Under the pieces are notes generated by a model. That model was not told the DNA's origin, did no database searches, and was given only the letters and a program-made list of their open reading frames with translations. Of a stretch of 64,000 bases of DNA, positions 18,407 through 28,302 are shown in pieces (the first letter of the stretch is position 1; each line of letters starts with the position of its first letter). The position numbers were made by a program, and so were the translations under genes. The DNA lies in IMG/VR virus record IMGVR_UViG_3300045988_173726, positions 160,001 to 224,000 of that record; one strand, written 5' to 3'. The stretch comes from a virus.

Positions 18407-20122
18407 ATGGTTGTTCTTTGTCGTATCGGAGCTAGTAGTCTAAATGTAGTGCTTAATGATGGGGAGATAGAGTTTATTCCCGAAGAGGAGTTAGGCGAGT
18501 CGGTAGCTAACGCGGGTTTGCCTACTGCCGAGGGGGATAAGAGAGTTGTATTTGAGGTAGACGGTAAGTTTTATATTGTAGCAGTAAGGGGTTTTGAGGC
18601 TCGTGTGTACCTGTCTGACGCTCGGTATATTAACAACTCTCGGGTAAAGGAAGTATATGTTTATGATGGAGCTAATTTTAACCGAACAGAGCGCGAGGAA
18701 GTAGAGTCTCCGTTTCGATATAAGTTTAAGCCGCTTGAGATTAAGACAAGCGACTATAGAGACGGGGAAATCGTTTATAAGGTCGGGGTATACAAGATAG
18801 CGGTCGAGAGTGAAGAGGTTAAGGAGACAGGTAGTAAAGTAAGCCTGTTTGATGACGAAACGGAAGATAGAAGCGAAGCGATAGTAGATATTCCGAGAAA
18901 GTATAGCGAGTATAAGAGCGACTGCAAGCTGTGTCACGGGACAGGGAAGGCAATAAACAAGTTAGGATATGTAGTAGAGTGTAGCTGTGGTAGAGCGCTC
19001 TTTGAGGAGCGGGAGCGACTTAGGGAGCTTGCGGAGAGGAAGCCCGTATTCAGCGTTCCGAAGTCGGTAAGTGAGATAGCGGTGTTAAAGGGTCTTGTGC
19101 CGAGCGAGCATGAGAACATTGTGTACGATTCGGAGTATGTTTATCGCCGTATCACTGGGTCTATCGGAGGGGATAGAGTAGTAGGGTTTGAAAACTACGA
19201 TAAAGCGGTGTGTTCGATAATCAATGCTTGCAGGACAGGGACAAAGGTGCGGCACAGTTACTTACTGGCGGCAGACACGGGGTTTGGGAAAAAGAGTTTC
19301 GTGTATACTTGCCTAAAGTATCTTTTGGGTAGGGATGTGAGAGTTCCTAAGTATCTGTCGCTGTCAGAGATAGGCTTTCTTTCAGAGAAGCGAGTGAAGC
19401 AAGCAAAGGCGTTAAATGTGCCGACCTACTATTTTCGGTATAACGAGAGTGACAAGTTTAGGTTTATCTGGGCAGAGGTCAGTAAGAAAGCGGAGAGGCG
19501 GCTTTTAGAGATATTAGCGGAGCGTTCTGCTGGGGTCGGAATCAGTTTATCGGAGAAGGAGTTCAGTGACTTAAAGCACGAGGTCGATTATGCGGTGCTG
19601 GAAGAGGTGACAGGGTTATATAATGAGGCGATAAAGGGGTATGACAGGAACGACACCGAGGGGATAGCGGCGAAGGTAAACGAGGTATTAGCGAAGCAGT
19701 TAGATACTTACGAGGACATCTTGAATGCGCCGATATTGTTTACATATTTTGCAGAGTATACGAACATTCAGTACGAGGTAGAGGTCTTGCATACGCTATT
19801 AACGGTCAGAGGAAACAAGTGTTTGCCGACTATCGTGCTAATGGAGGACAGTGTGCGAAAGTTCGGCAATATAGTCGGCTACAGTAACGGAGCAGAGGGA
19901 GACATAGAGGTAGATGCGATTAGAGCCTTGTCAGACCACTGGGGAAGTATGCTAAGTGAGAACAGCACTTTCTTTATGGAGAACTTGAATGCGAAGAAGG
20001 TAGCGGAAGATATGGCTGGAGAATCGAATTATAAGCGGATGATATATGTAAACTGCTACAAGACTAGGGATTACTTAAAGGCGCTAGTCGGAAGTCGAAA
20101 GAAGCGAGGTGGAAAGGCGTGA
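18407..20122 (+). CDS. zinc-knuckle plus P-loop NTPase-like protein
   Basis: Zinc knuckle CKLCHGTGKAINKLGYVVECSCG and P-loop-like LAADTGFGKKSF. Start set at ATG 18407 (SD GGAGGT 7 nt upstream). TTG 18365 and ATG 18392 are alternatives. Confidence 0.5.
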   Translation: MVVLCRIGASSLNVVLNDGEIEFIPEEELGESVANAGLPTAEGDKRVVFEVDGKFYIVAVRGFEARVYLSDARYINNSRVKEVYVYDGANFNRTEREEVESPFRYKFKPLEIKTSDYRDGEIVYKVGVYKIAVESEEVKETGSKVSLFDDETEDRSEAIVDIPRKYSEYKSDCKLCHGTGKAINKLGYVVECSCGRALFEERERLRELAERKPVFSVPKSVSEIAVLKGLVPSEHENIVYDSEYVYRRITGSIGGDRVVGFENYDKAVCSIINACRTGTKVRHSYLLAADTGFGKKSFVYTCLKYLLGRDVRVPKYLSLSEIGFLSEKRVKQAKALNVPTYYFRYNESDKFRFIWAEVSKKAERRLLEILAERSAGVGISLSEKEFSDLKHEVDYAVLEEVTGLYNEAIKGYDRNDTEGIAAKVNEVLAKQLDTYEDILNAPILFTYFAEYTNIQYEVEVLHTLLTVRGNKCLPTIVLMEDSVRKFGNIVGYSNGAEGDIEVDAIRALSDHWGSMLSENSTFFMENLNAKKVAEDMAGESNYKRMIYVNCYKTRDYLKALVGSRKKRGGKA

Positions 20123-20540
20123 AGCGGCTATGGTAATTTATCAGTAGCATAGCGGTAGAGAGCAATTAACACAAGTACACGCCTAAAAACAAAGGTCATA
20201 ATAGTCAGCTAGACCTACAAAGAAATTTGTCGTACACAAGGGCTTTTATAAACTGTAATTAAATAAAATTTTCAAGCCTAGTCGTATCCGAGGCAGGATT
20301 CAATTTTATAAACTTCTCAAAGCAAGCGAAATACCGATACTGAATTTCGGGGTGAACCCGTAGGTAAAATCGACATACCAGACACCGAATTTTAGCCTCT
20401 TAAAAAGAGGGGGTTTCGGAGAAGGTCTTTTCGGGGGCGGGGCGTTTAAGGGCGGCGAGCGGATAGCACGAGTTGCCCATTACACTAGTACACGCTAGGC
20501 AGTCGGTTTGGGAAATTTAGGAGAGAGGAGAGGGAGGAAA

Positions 20541-22130
20541 GTGGCAATTAGTAATCCAAGTTTGAAAGCGTTACTGCAACAGCTCTGGAAAACGCCGTCC
20601 GAGCGTTTAGGGCTACTGCGTCAGACAGAGCCGTATAAGATTTGCTATATCGGTTCAGACTGTAGCAGTGCGAGAGAGTATAACGATGTTTTAGCGACTT
20701 TTAAGGAGAAGGCAGGAGAGGATAGCCGTCATACGCTGTTGTTTGATAACGAGATTCCGTTTAATGTGGATTTAGACTTTATCGGGACGGTAAAGCAGGG
20801 TTTGGCTACGGTAGATTTAACTGCAATTAAGGACAGCGATGTGGTAATGTTTGCGGATGCGAGCTATAATCACAGGTTTGTCCAGAAGTTGCAGGGGGTA
20901 GTCAATAAGATTCTGTCGAACGAGACATTTCCGAACGAGTCTGTCAAAGCAAACTTCATAACGAGGCTTCTCTTAGAGGTTTATACGCTTGTCGTGCCGC
21001 TTGAGAGAGTAGACGAGTATAGCACGCCGAATAAGTGTATCTATTACGGAAGTATAGAGAGGTATGCGGTATATTTCCTAATGCTACTGGCGGGTATGGG
21101 GTTTGACATCGTGTATATCAACCCGTTTGAGAAGCCAGATTGCTTAGATTTGCTGGGTGCAGAGCTCTCGGTAAGGAATACGCGGTATCAGATAGGTTCG
21201 CTTTCCGATAGGGCTTCAAAGGGACAGGCGATTCATCAGATAGACTCCGTGACGCTCGGATTTAGGCAGGAAGTAGAGAAAACAGTCTTTACGGATTCGG
21301 GTTTATTTAGACAGTGGCAGTTTAAGCATGGCGGGACGACAGAGAGTATGTTTCTGAACGCTACGGTCGAGGATTTAGAGAATAACTGGGACGCAGAGGC
21401 TAGAGTTCGGCAGGGTTTTGGGGTAGTCGGGAAGAAAGTAAAGATACCTACACTTTTCTACGAGGTAGACGGAGTTCACAGCGATGATAACGACTACTGC
21501 GCATTTGTCGGGAAGTTTGTCGGCGGGAAAGACACGCTTTTAATTTATGGTAAGCCCGAGGAGCTTCTGGATATAACGATTTCAGAGGATGATGTTCTAA
21601 AGATTTCGTTTTGCCAGAAGGGAGACGGAAGTTTTGACAGAGATATGCTAAAGGCGTTGCCGTTTTATCGGTATGCGCCGTATAACGATGACACAGAGGA
21701 CTTTATCTTAGACAAGATAAACGAGACGCTTTCAGATAGCACTCTGTTTTCGCGTCCCATTGTAGATAAGCGGGATAAAGTCGAGTTTGTTGCGATGTGC
21801 TTGCAGTTAAACAAGAAGTTAATGTATATGATAGACACATTTGACTTTCCTTTTGGGATTCCGAAGGTAGTTGCGTTTCTTGATAACGAGAGTTCGCTTA
21901 GTCAGCAGACTCCGTATATCTTAGGTTTTTTGCACAAGATAGGCTTTGACATACTTGTGTTAGCCCCTGCGGGGCTTTCAAATCTTTCGACATATGTGGA
22001 TAGGGGGCGATATAACTGTGTGAGATTAGCGGAGATGAAGTATGATGTGACCTTTGATAAGGTTTCCAGTCCAGAGGGCAGGAAGAAGTCGGCAAAGAAA
22101 GGTGTGCTTGCAAGTTTATTTAGTATTTAA
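20541..22130 (+). CDS. YceG-like Ter-operon protein (assigned by size and synteny only)
   Basis: About 529 aa from GTG 20541 (SD GGGAGG). Sits directly upstream of TelA and three TerD genes, as the roughly 537 aa YceG does in the Bacillus subtilis yceCDEFGH operon. I recognised no sequence motif. Confidence 0.4.
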   Translation: MAISNPSLKALLQQLWKTPSERLGLLRQTEPYKICYIGSDCSSAREYNDVLATFKEKAGEDSRHTLLFDNEIPFNVDLDFIGTVKQGLATVDLTAIKDSDVVMFADASYNHRFVQKLQGVVNKILSNETFPNESVKANFITRLLLEVYTLVVPLERVDEYSTPNKCIYYGSIERYAVYFLMLLAGMGFDIVYINPFEKPDCLDLLGAELSVRNTRYQIGSLSDRASKGQAIHQIDSVTLGFRQEVEKTVFTDSGLFRQWQFKHGGTTESMFLNATVEDLENNWDAEARVRQGFGVVGKKVKIPTLFYEVDGVHSDDNDYCAFVGKFVGGKDTLLIYGKPEELLDITISEDDVLKISFCQKGDGSFDRDMLKALPFYRYAPYNDDTEDFILDKINETLSDSTLFSRPIVDKRDKVEFVAMCLQLNKKLMYMIDTFDFPFGIPKVVAFLDNESSLSQQTPYILGFLHKIGFDILVLAPAGLSNLSTYVDRGRYNCVRLAEMKYDVTFDKVSSPEGRKKSAKKGVLASLFSI

Positions 22131-22150
22131 CGCGAGAGAAGGAGAAGAGT

Positions 22151-23311
22151 ATGCAGTATAACGAGTTAGTTCCCGTAGAGCTTACGAAGCAGGAAGTTGC
22201 AGAGAGCAAGGAGATGTTGGATGCTCCCGAGGCGTATAAGGAGAAGTTAAAGGCTCTGCCCGAGGTGCAGAACTTAACGAATGAGATTAAGATTGATTTT
22301 AACAATGCGAACGGCACAGGAATGTCGATTCTCCAGTTCGGAAAGAAGCCCGCAGAGGAAATCGAGAAGATGTCTAACGAGATTCTTAACTATGTGAAGG
22401 TACCGACCGACACAGAGGCGGCTGAAATGATGAAGCAGCTTGCAAGGGTTATGAATCGGTTTGACATTAAGGAAATCGAGAAGATTAACGATATTCCTAA
22501 GAAAGAGAGCTTCTTTGACAAGATTCGGAAGCGCATGATGGAGAATCTTGATGCAGTAATCCAGAAGTATGACAATATGGGGAAAGAGGTAGACCGTATC
22601 GGTCAGTTGCTTCGAGGCTTTGAACAGCAGACGATTGATAGTAATGTGACGCTCACGAAGATGTGGAAAGCGAATCAGAACTATTTTTGCGAGCTTGAGA
22701 AGTATGTAGTAGCTTGCGACTTGGCAGTAGACGAGCTTACGCTTTATCGTTCTCGGGTGGAGGCAGATAACGAAACGCTGTCTCCCGATATGAAGAGTAT
22801 CCGTTTAGGTCAAATTGACATGGCTGTAAACGAGATTAAGAAGCGCCAGTACGACTTATTGCAAGCGGAGATGGTGGCAAGAATGACCGTGCCGATGCTC
22901 CAGAATATGCAAGTTACGAACATGAATCTGGTGCGAGAGATTAACGCGGCGTTTGTAGTGGGTCTGCCGATTTTCAAGCAGAATTTGGCGCAGGCTATTT
23001 TGCTTAAGAGACAGGCGATTGTAGCGAACTCGGTCGGGCAGTTTAGGGAAGCGCTTAACACACAGCTTGAGCAGAACGCGAATTACAGCGCAAAGACTGG
23101 AGCAGAGGTAGCAATGCGTTCTATGGACGGATTGTTTGACATGGATACGCTTAGACGGGTTTATCAGACGGTCAAAGAGGGAACTGCGAATGTGCAGAGA
23201 GCGATGGAGACGCAGATGTTGTCGAATGCGGAGAATGCAAAAGAGATTGAGCGCATGAAGCTTGAGACGAGGCAGGGTTCGTTGTCTGTGACAAAGCAAT
23301 ATGGCAAGTAA
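22151..23311 (+). CDS. telA: TelA/KlaA-family toxic anion resistance protein
   Basis: 386 aa, all-helical. The architecture resembles TelA/YceH, and it sits next to the TerD genes. Confidence 0.7.
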   Translation: MQYNELVPVELTKQEVAESKEMLDAPEAYKEKLKALPEVQNLTNEIKIDFNNANGTGMSILQFGKKPAEEIEKMSNEILNYVKVPTDTEAAEMMKQLARVMNRFDIKEIEKINDIPKKESFFDKIRKRMMENLDAVIQKYDNMGKEVDRIGQLLRGFEQQTIDSNVTLTKMWKANQNYFCELEKYVVACDLAVDELTLYRSRVEADNETLSPDMKSIRLGQIDMAVNEIKKRQYDLLQAEMVARMTVPMLQNMQVTNMNLVREINAAFVVGLPIFKQNLAQAILLKRQAIVANSVGQFREALNTQLEQNANYSAKTGAEVAMRSMDGLFDMDTLRRVYQTVKEGTANVQRAMETQMLSNAENAKEIERMKLETRQGSLSVTKQYGK

Positions 23312-23396
23312 AGCAGTAACGGAGAATACCTGTTATAAATCTTATGTACACACAGAGTATGGCTAATAAATTTATTTAAGGAGGAGTAGGGCTGTT

Positions 23397-24104
23397 ATGT
23401 TAGATTTCACGCAATATGACAAGAAGTCGCTTTCAAAGGTCGGAAATGTAGACTCAAGTTCGGTTCTGGTGCTTGAGAAGGATAGCATCTTGCGTCTTGA
23501 AAAGGACGCGCCGAGCTTACGGCACTGCACGGTTGGTTTAAGCTGGGATGCGGCGCAGGATGGCGCGGCTTCGGTAGATTTGGATTTGTCGGCGCTTTAT
23601 ATCGTCCCGAACGAGCGAATCACGAAGGCGAATGTGAACGAGCGTTTCTGTTATTACGGCAATCCGAATAACAGTGGTGACGGGAACTCGGTAAAAGGCA
23701 TTCTGCCGACAAAGTGCTATATGATACCTGGAACTTGGTCGGCGGGAGATGACAGATTTGGTAAGATTTCGGTCGGTAAGAACGATAACGAGGAAGTATA
23801 CACAAATCTTGACGAAGTTCCTGCAAATGTAGCGGGAATCTTGTATGTCGTAAGCGTCTTTAATCAGTACGAGGATAATCGTCCGAAGCAGACTTTCGGA
23901 GCGGCTAGAAACGCATATGTGCGTTTAATCGACCGCGACACGAACAAAGAGATTGCGAGATACAGTTTAACGGGTGATTACTCGACAGATACGGTGGTTG
24001 AGTTCTGCACGCTTGAGCGAGATGGTAACGGCTGGGTGTTCCATGCGCTTGGAAACGGTTCTATGGGTACGCTTATTGACATTGTGACAAAGTACGGAGC
24101 ATAA
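23397..24104 (+). CDS. terD: TerD-family stress protein
   Basis: TerD hallmarks GLSWDA, DLDLSA and NAYVRLIDRDTNKEIARYSL, plus the ending GWVFHALG. Confidence 0.85.
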   Translation: MLDFTQYDKKSLSKVGNVDSSSVLVLEKDSILRLEKDAPSLRHCTVGLSWDAAQDGAASVDLDLSALYIVPNERITKANVNERFCYYGNPNNSGDGNSVKGILPTKCYMIPGTWSAGDDRFGKISVGKNDNEEVYTNLDEVPANVAGILYVVSVFNQYEDNRPKQTFGAARNAYVRLIDRDTNKEIARYSLTGDYSTDTVVEFCTLERDGNGWVFHALGNGSMGTLIDIVTKYGA

Positions 24105-24119
24105 GGGAGGATACGAGAT

Positions 24120-24824
24120 ATGTCGATTTTTGGTAAACTTTTCGGTAACGGGGAAGAGGAAGAGAAGAAGAGCGAGACGGCTCGTTCTGCGGGCTTTAGT
24201 GAAGCGGCAAGGGACAAGATTAAGGGCGTAGCGAAGCGAGAGGTTTTATTAAACCTTGAGAAGCCGTCTGTGATTAGCCTAGAGAAAGGTGACATTTTGA
24301 ATCTTTCAAAGGCGAATGTGCCGCTTAGTAAGATTCACGCGGCGGCAGGCTGGGATGCGGCAAAAGCGGGTCATATTGACTTAGACCTCTGCGCACACTT
24401 GTTTGCGGGTGATAAGCTTGTCGATACGGTTTATTTTGGGAATAAGCACAGTAAGCGGGACGGTATCTGGCTCGACCACGATAATCTGACGGGTGATGGA
24501 GACGGCGATGACGAGAACATCTATGTAAATCTTCACGGGCTTAGGGATGACGTGGATAGAATTTACTTGTCCGTTGTATCGTTTACGCATAACACATTTA
24601 ACGATGTGAAAAACGCATATGTTCGCTTGATTGACGAGAGCGGAAGAGAAAGAGAGCTTGCACGCTATGATATTTCAGCGGACGGAGGTAAGAATGACTC
24701 CGTGACAGCGGGTGCGTTTATCCGAGAGGGTAACGAGTGGAAGTTCCTTGCGATTGGGGAGTATAGCTATAACAACCAGAAGATTCGGGTTCTCGGAGAT
24801 AAGTTAGCCGAGGCGCTTAAGTAA
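24120..24824 (+). CDS. terD: TerD-family stress protein
   Basis: Hallmarks AAGWDA, DLDLCA, GDGDGDDE and NAYVRLIDESGRELARYDI, plus EWKFLAIG. Confidence 0.85.
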   Translation: MSIFGKLFGNGEEEEKKSETARSAGFSEAARDKIKGVAKREVLLNLEKPSVISLEKGDILNLSKANVPLSKIHAAAGWDAAKAGHIDLDLCAHLFAGDKLVDTVYFGNKHSKRDGIWLDHDNLTGDGDGDDENIYVNLHGLRDDVDRIYLSVVSFTHNTFNDVKNAYVRLIDESGRERELARYDISADGGKNDSVTAGAFIREGNEWKFLAIGEYSYNNQKIRVLGDKLAEALK

Positions 24825-24839
24825 AGGAGGGCATGAGAG

Positions 24840-25475
24840 ATGGCTATTGATTTTTCGATTTTGGATAAGAACGCACCGAAGCCGAGTGAGGTAACGGGAA
24901 ACGGTGGTAGTTCACCGATTAGCCTTGAGAAGAACAGCATTATCGACTTGAGCAAGGCGGCACCGAGCCTTAAGCGTGTAAAGTTTACAGGCGGTTGGGA
25001 TATTGCGAAGCAGGCAGGCGAGCAGTTTGACCTTGATATTTCTGTCTTCTGTGTAGACTATAAGGGTAAGGTCGGAGACTTAAGAACCGAGGCGGTCTGG
25101 TATTTGAATCTCGATAAGCGCGGAATCGTTCACAGCGCAGATAACAGAACAGGCGAGGGTGAGGGCGATGACGAGTATGTGAGCATCAACTTAGACGATG
25201 TGTCTCGTGACTATCAGAGGCTTCTGTTTACTGTTTCGATTTACGAGGCAGAGAAGCTTAAGCAGACTTTCGGTCGGGTGAGCAATGCGTTTACGCGCCT
25301 TGTAGATATGGATACAGGTCGTGAGATTGTTCGTTACAACTTAACGGGTGACTATTCCACCGATACTTTCCTGTTTGTCGGTGAGCTTGTGCGGAACGGT
25401 GACAGCTGGGCATTCCATACGATAGGGCAGGGAAGCAACGATAATCTCTTAACCTTCTGGGAGAGATATAAGTAA
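24840..25475 (+). CDS. terD: TerD-family stress protein
   Basis: Hallmarks GGWDIA, DLDISV, GEGEGDDE and NAFTRLVDMDTGREIVRYNL, plus SWAFHTIG. Confidence 0.85.
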   Translation: MAIDFSILDKNAPKPSEVTGNGGSSPISLEKNSIIDLSKAAPSLKRVKFTGGWDIAKQAGEQFDLDISVFCVDYKGKVGDLRTEAVWYLNLDKRGIVHSADNRTGEGEGDDEYVSINLDDVSRDYQRLLFTVSIYEAEKLKQTFGRVSNAFTRLVDMDTGREIVRYNLTGDYSTDTFLFVGELVRNGDSWAFHTIGQGSNDNLLTFWERYK

Positions 25476-25515
25476 GTAGCGGCGAGGTCGCATTAGGCAG
25501 TCACATGTTTAGGTA

Positions 25516-25547
25516 GCGGGGAGGCAGAAAAGTCTCCCCGCATTTAT
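25516..25547 (+). terminator. possible terminator or attenuator
   Basis: 8 bp stem GCGGGGAG / CTCCCCGC. The trailing T-tract is weak (ATTTAT). Confidence 0.45.
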
Positions 25548-25560
25548 CGGGAGGTAAGAT

Positions 25561-28185
25561 TTGAAGTATACGGGATTAAGTAAAGAAGAGGTGCGTAAGT
25601 CTTACGAGGCGCATGGAAATAATGCGCTTTCGTCTAAAAAGACAGAGACTTTTCTTGAGATTTTAGTCGGGGCGTTTGACGACCCTTGGATTAAGGTGTT
25701 GCTTGCGGGTCTTTTGCTAAAGGTCGCGATTAACGTAGCATGTATGGTAAATCCGTCACTCGGGGAAGCGGACTGGATTGAGGTCGTATCGCTTGTTTTA
25801 GCGATTGGTCTTTCTACGGGAGTTGCGGCATTCTCGGAGTGGAAGAACGGGCAAGAGTTTAATGTCTTGCAGGAGCAAGCGTCAAAGATAGTCACGAAGG
25901 TTTATCGTGACGGCAGTTTGCAGGAAATCAGCATAGATGACATTGTTCTTGGAGATATAGTCCAGCTTCGTGCAGGAGACCAGATTCCTGCGGACGGTAT
26001 TATTCTGTCGGGAAGCCTAAAGGTAAATCAAGCGTCTCTAAACGGAGAGTCAGAGGATGCAAAGAAGCTAGAGCTTGGTGAGAATCCGCGTCCTACTGGG
26101 GATGACACTTTTAATCCGTTTATTTTGCTTCGCGGTTCGTATGTAACGGAGGGCGAAGCAGTGATGGAAGTCACGGCGATAGGTGATAAGACAATGCTTG
26201 GTTCTATCAACGTGGCGATACAGGAAGATGCAAAGGAGTCGCCGTCCAAGGAGAAGCTAACGAAGCTTGCGGGTCAGATAGGTGTTATGGGTTCTGCGGG
26301 CGCGATTGGTTATCTTTTAATCAATGTGGTGCTTGTGTCTGGCTTGGTTCGGACGATTCAGAAGCCCGATAACATCATCTTCTTTGCGATTCAGCTTATC
26401 ATGTACGCTGTGACTATCATTATTATGGCGGTACCAGAGGGTCTGCCGATGATGCTTGCGATGGTTGCCAGTATGAACAGCAGACGGCTTCTTTCCGAGA
26501 ATATTCTGGTAAGGAAGCCAGACAGCATTGAGACAGCGGGCTATATTGATATGCTGTTTTCGGATAAGACGGGTACGATTACAGAGGGTGTATTAAAGGT
26601 AGTAGACGTGCTACTGGGAGACGGCTTTGTTTATACGACAGGAGATACAGTTGGTAAGCAGTTTAAGAGTGCACCGGATAGCCTAAAGGCAGAGTTAAAG
26701 GCGGGCATTGGATTAAATAACGACTCTTCGATTTCAAACGGAGTAGCGATTGACTCAAATACGACAGACAGAGCACTCTTAAACTTTCTGTTTAGCTATG
26801 GACTTGTGCCAGATAGCAAGGAGAGCATTGTTTCTAAAGAGGCATTCACTTCTGCTACGAAGTTTGCTTCGGTTACGCTCGACTCGGGAGAGCTTTATAT
26901 AAAGGGTGCGCCAGAGATTATTCTAAAGGGCGTAACGAAGTATATGACCGAGGACGGAGAGGTAGCCGAGTTTACCAGAGAGGTTGAAGAGGGCTTTACG
27001 AGGGCTTCTGTTGAGCAGGCAAATCGTTCGATGCGGTTGTTGGCTGTTGTGAAAGAGGAGCAGGGCGTAAAGACGCTTATCGGAGCTGTCTGTATTCGAG
27101 ATAATGTCCGTAAGGGCATTAAGCAGACGGTCGAGACGTTAAATGGAGCTGGCGTGTCGGTTGTGATGGTGACAGGCGACAGAAAAGAGACAGCGGTAGC
27201 GATTGCGAAAGAGGCGGGAATTTACGCTTCGGAGTCGGATGTCGTGCTTACGCATGATGAGCTTGTCGGATTAACGGATGACGAGGTAAAGGCGGTACTG
27301 CCGAGGCTAAAGGTTGTTTCTAGGGCTTTGCCGATGGATAAGAAGCGCCTTGTGAATCTGGCGCAGGAGATGGGTGCGGTAACGGGCATGACGGGAGACG
27401 GTGTAAACGATGCGCCGTCCTTAAAGACTTCGGATGTCGGTTTTTCGATGGGAGACGGCACACAGGCGGCGCAGGAGAGTTCAGACATTGTGATTCTGAA
27501 TAACTCGCTGACTTCTATCGAGAAGGCAGTGCTTTACGGCAGAACGATGACGGAGAGCGTGAAGAAGTTTATCGTGTTCCAGCTCACGGTAAATGTAACT
27601 ACGATAGCGATGTCGCTGATTGCGCCGCTGATTGGTTACAAAGAGCCGTTCACGATTATCCAGATTTTGTGGATAAACTTAATCATGGACACGCTTGCGG
27701 CGCTTGCGTTTGGTGAAGAGCCGACCCTTGCACGGTATATGAAGAGACAGCCGATAGGACGGAAGGAGCATATCCTAACGAACTACATGAAGTCGGCTAT
27801 CGGGGTGTCGGGTGCGTTTATTGCTATTGTGTCGGCGGGCATTTTAGCGAACCTTGGAAATGTGCAGGGTGTATTTGATTTAAGCGGAAGCGAAGAGGTG
27901 CTGACTTTCATGTTCACATTCTTTATCTACGCGGTAATCTTTAACTCGCTCAATACTCGGAGTCACGGATTTAATGTGCTTGAGCATATCGGGCAGAATA
28001 AGAAGTTTATCTATGTGATGACTTCGATTGCGGTGGTGCAGTCGCTTATTATTGAGTTTGGCGGGCATGTGTTTAGCACAGTACCGCTTGACTTAAAGCA
28101 CTTTGGAATGGCTTTGTTGCTTGCATTCTTGATTATTCCCGTAGATATGGCGAGAAAGCTTCTTGTCGGTTCATACAAGGAGTAA
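25561..28185 (+). CDS. P2-type (Ca2+-transporting-like) P-type ATPase
   Basis: Motifs DKTGTIT, PEGLP, MVTGDRKETA and TGDGVNDAP, with about 10 hydrophobic helices. TTG start with SD GGGAGG. Confidence 0.85.
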   Translation: MKYTGLSKEEVRKSYEAHGNNALSSKKTETFLEILVGAFDDPWIKVLLAGLLLKVAINVACMVNPSLGEADWIEVVSLVLAIGLSTGVAAFSEWKNGQEFNVLQEQASKIVTKVYRDGSLQEISIDDIVLGDIVQLRAGDQIPADGIILSGSLKVNQASLNGESEDAKKLELGENPRPTGDDTFNPFILLRGSYVTEGEAVMEVTAIGDKTMLGSINVAIQEDAKESPSKEKLTKLAGQIGVMGSAGAIGYLLINVVLVSGLVRTIQKPDNIIFFAIQLIMYAVTIIIMAVPEGLPMMLAMVASMNSRRLLSENILVRKPDSIETAGYIDMLFSDKTGTITEGVLKVVDVLLGDGFVYTTGDTVGKQFKSAPDSLKAELKAGIGLNNDSSISNGVAIDSNTTDRALLNFLFSYGLVPDSKESIVSKEAFTSATKFASVTLDSGELYIKGAPEIILKGVTKYMTEDGEVAEFTREVEEGFTRASVEQANRSMRLLAVVKEEQGVKTLIGAVCIRDNVRKGIKQTVETLNGAGVSVVMVTGDRKETAVAIAKEAGIYASESDVVLTHDELVGLTDDEVKAVLPRLKVVSRALPMDKKRLVNLAQEMGAVTGMTGDGVNDAPSLKTSDVGFSMGDGTQAAQESSDIVILNNSLTSIEKAVLYGRTMTESVKKFIVFQLTVNVTTIAMSLIAPLIGYKEPFTIIQILWINLIMDTLAALAFGEEPTLARYMKRQPIGRKEHILTNYMKSAIGVSGAFIAIVSAGILANLGNVQGVFDLSGSEEVLTFMFTFFIYAVIFNSLNTRSHGFNVLEHIGQNKKFIYVMTSIAVVQSLIIEFGGHVFSTVPLDLKHFGMALLLAFLIIPVDMARKLLVGSYKE

Positions 28186-28194
28186 AATTTTTAC

Positions 28195-28226
28195 GGGGCA
28201 GGGGATTTTTTCTCTGCCCTTTTTGT
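28195..28226 (+). terminator. rho-independent terminator
   Basis: Stem GGGCAG / CTGCCC, then TTTTTGTTTT. Confidence 0.7.
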
Positions 28227-28231
28227 TTTCC

Positions 28232-28260
28232 TTGACAGTGAGAAAGTCTAAGTATATAAT
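28232..28260 (+). promoter_or_regulatory. consensus sigma-A promoter
   Basis: TTGACA (28232-28237), exactly 17 nt, then TATAAT (28255-28260). Confidence 0.8.
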
Positions 28261-28302
28261 AACTAGTGACAGTTAGCGTGTCGGTATGTAAGGAGACAGA
28301 GG

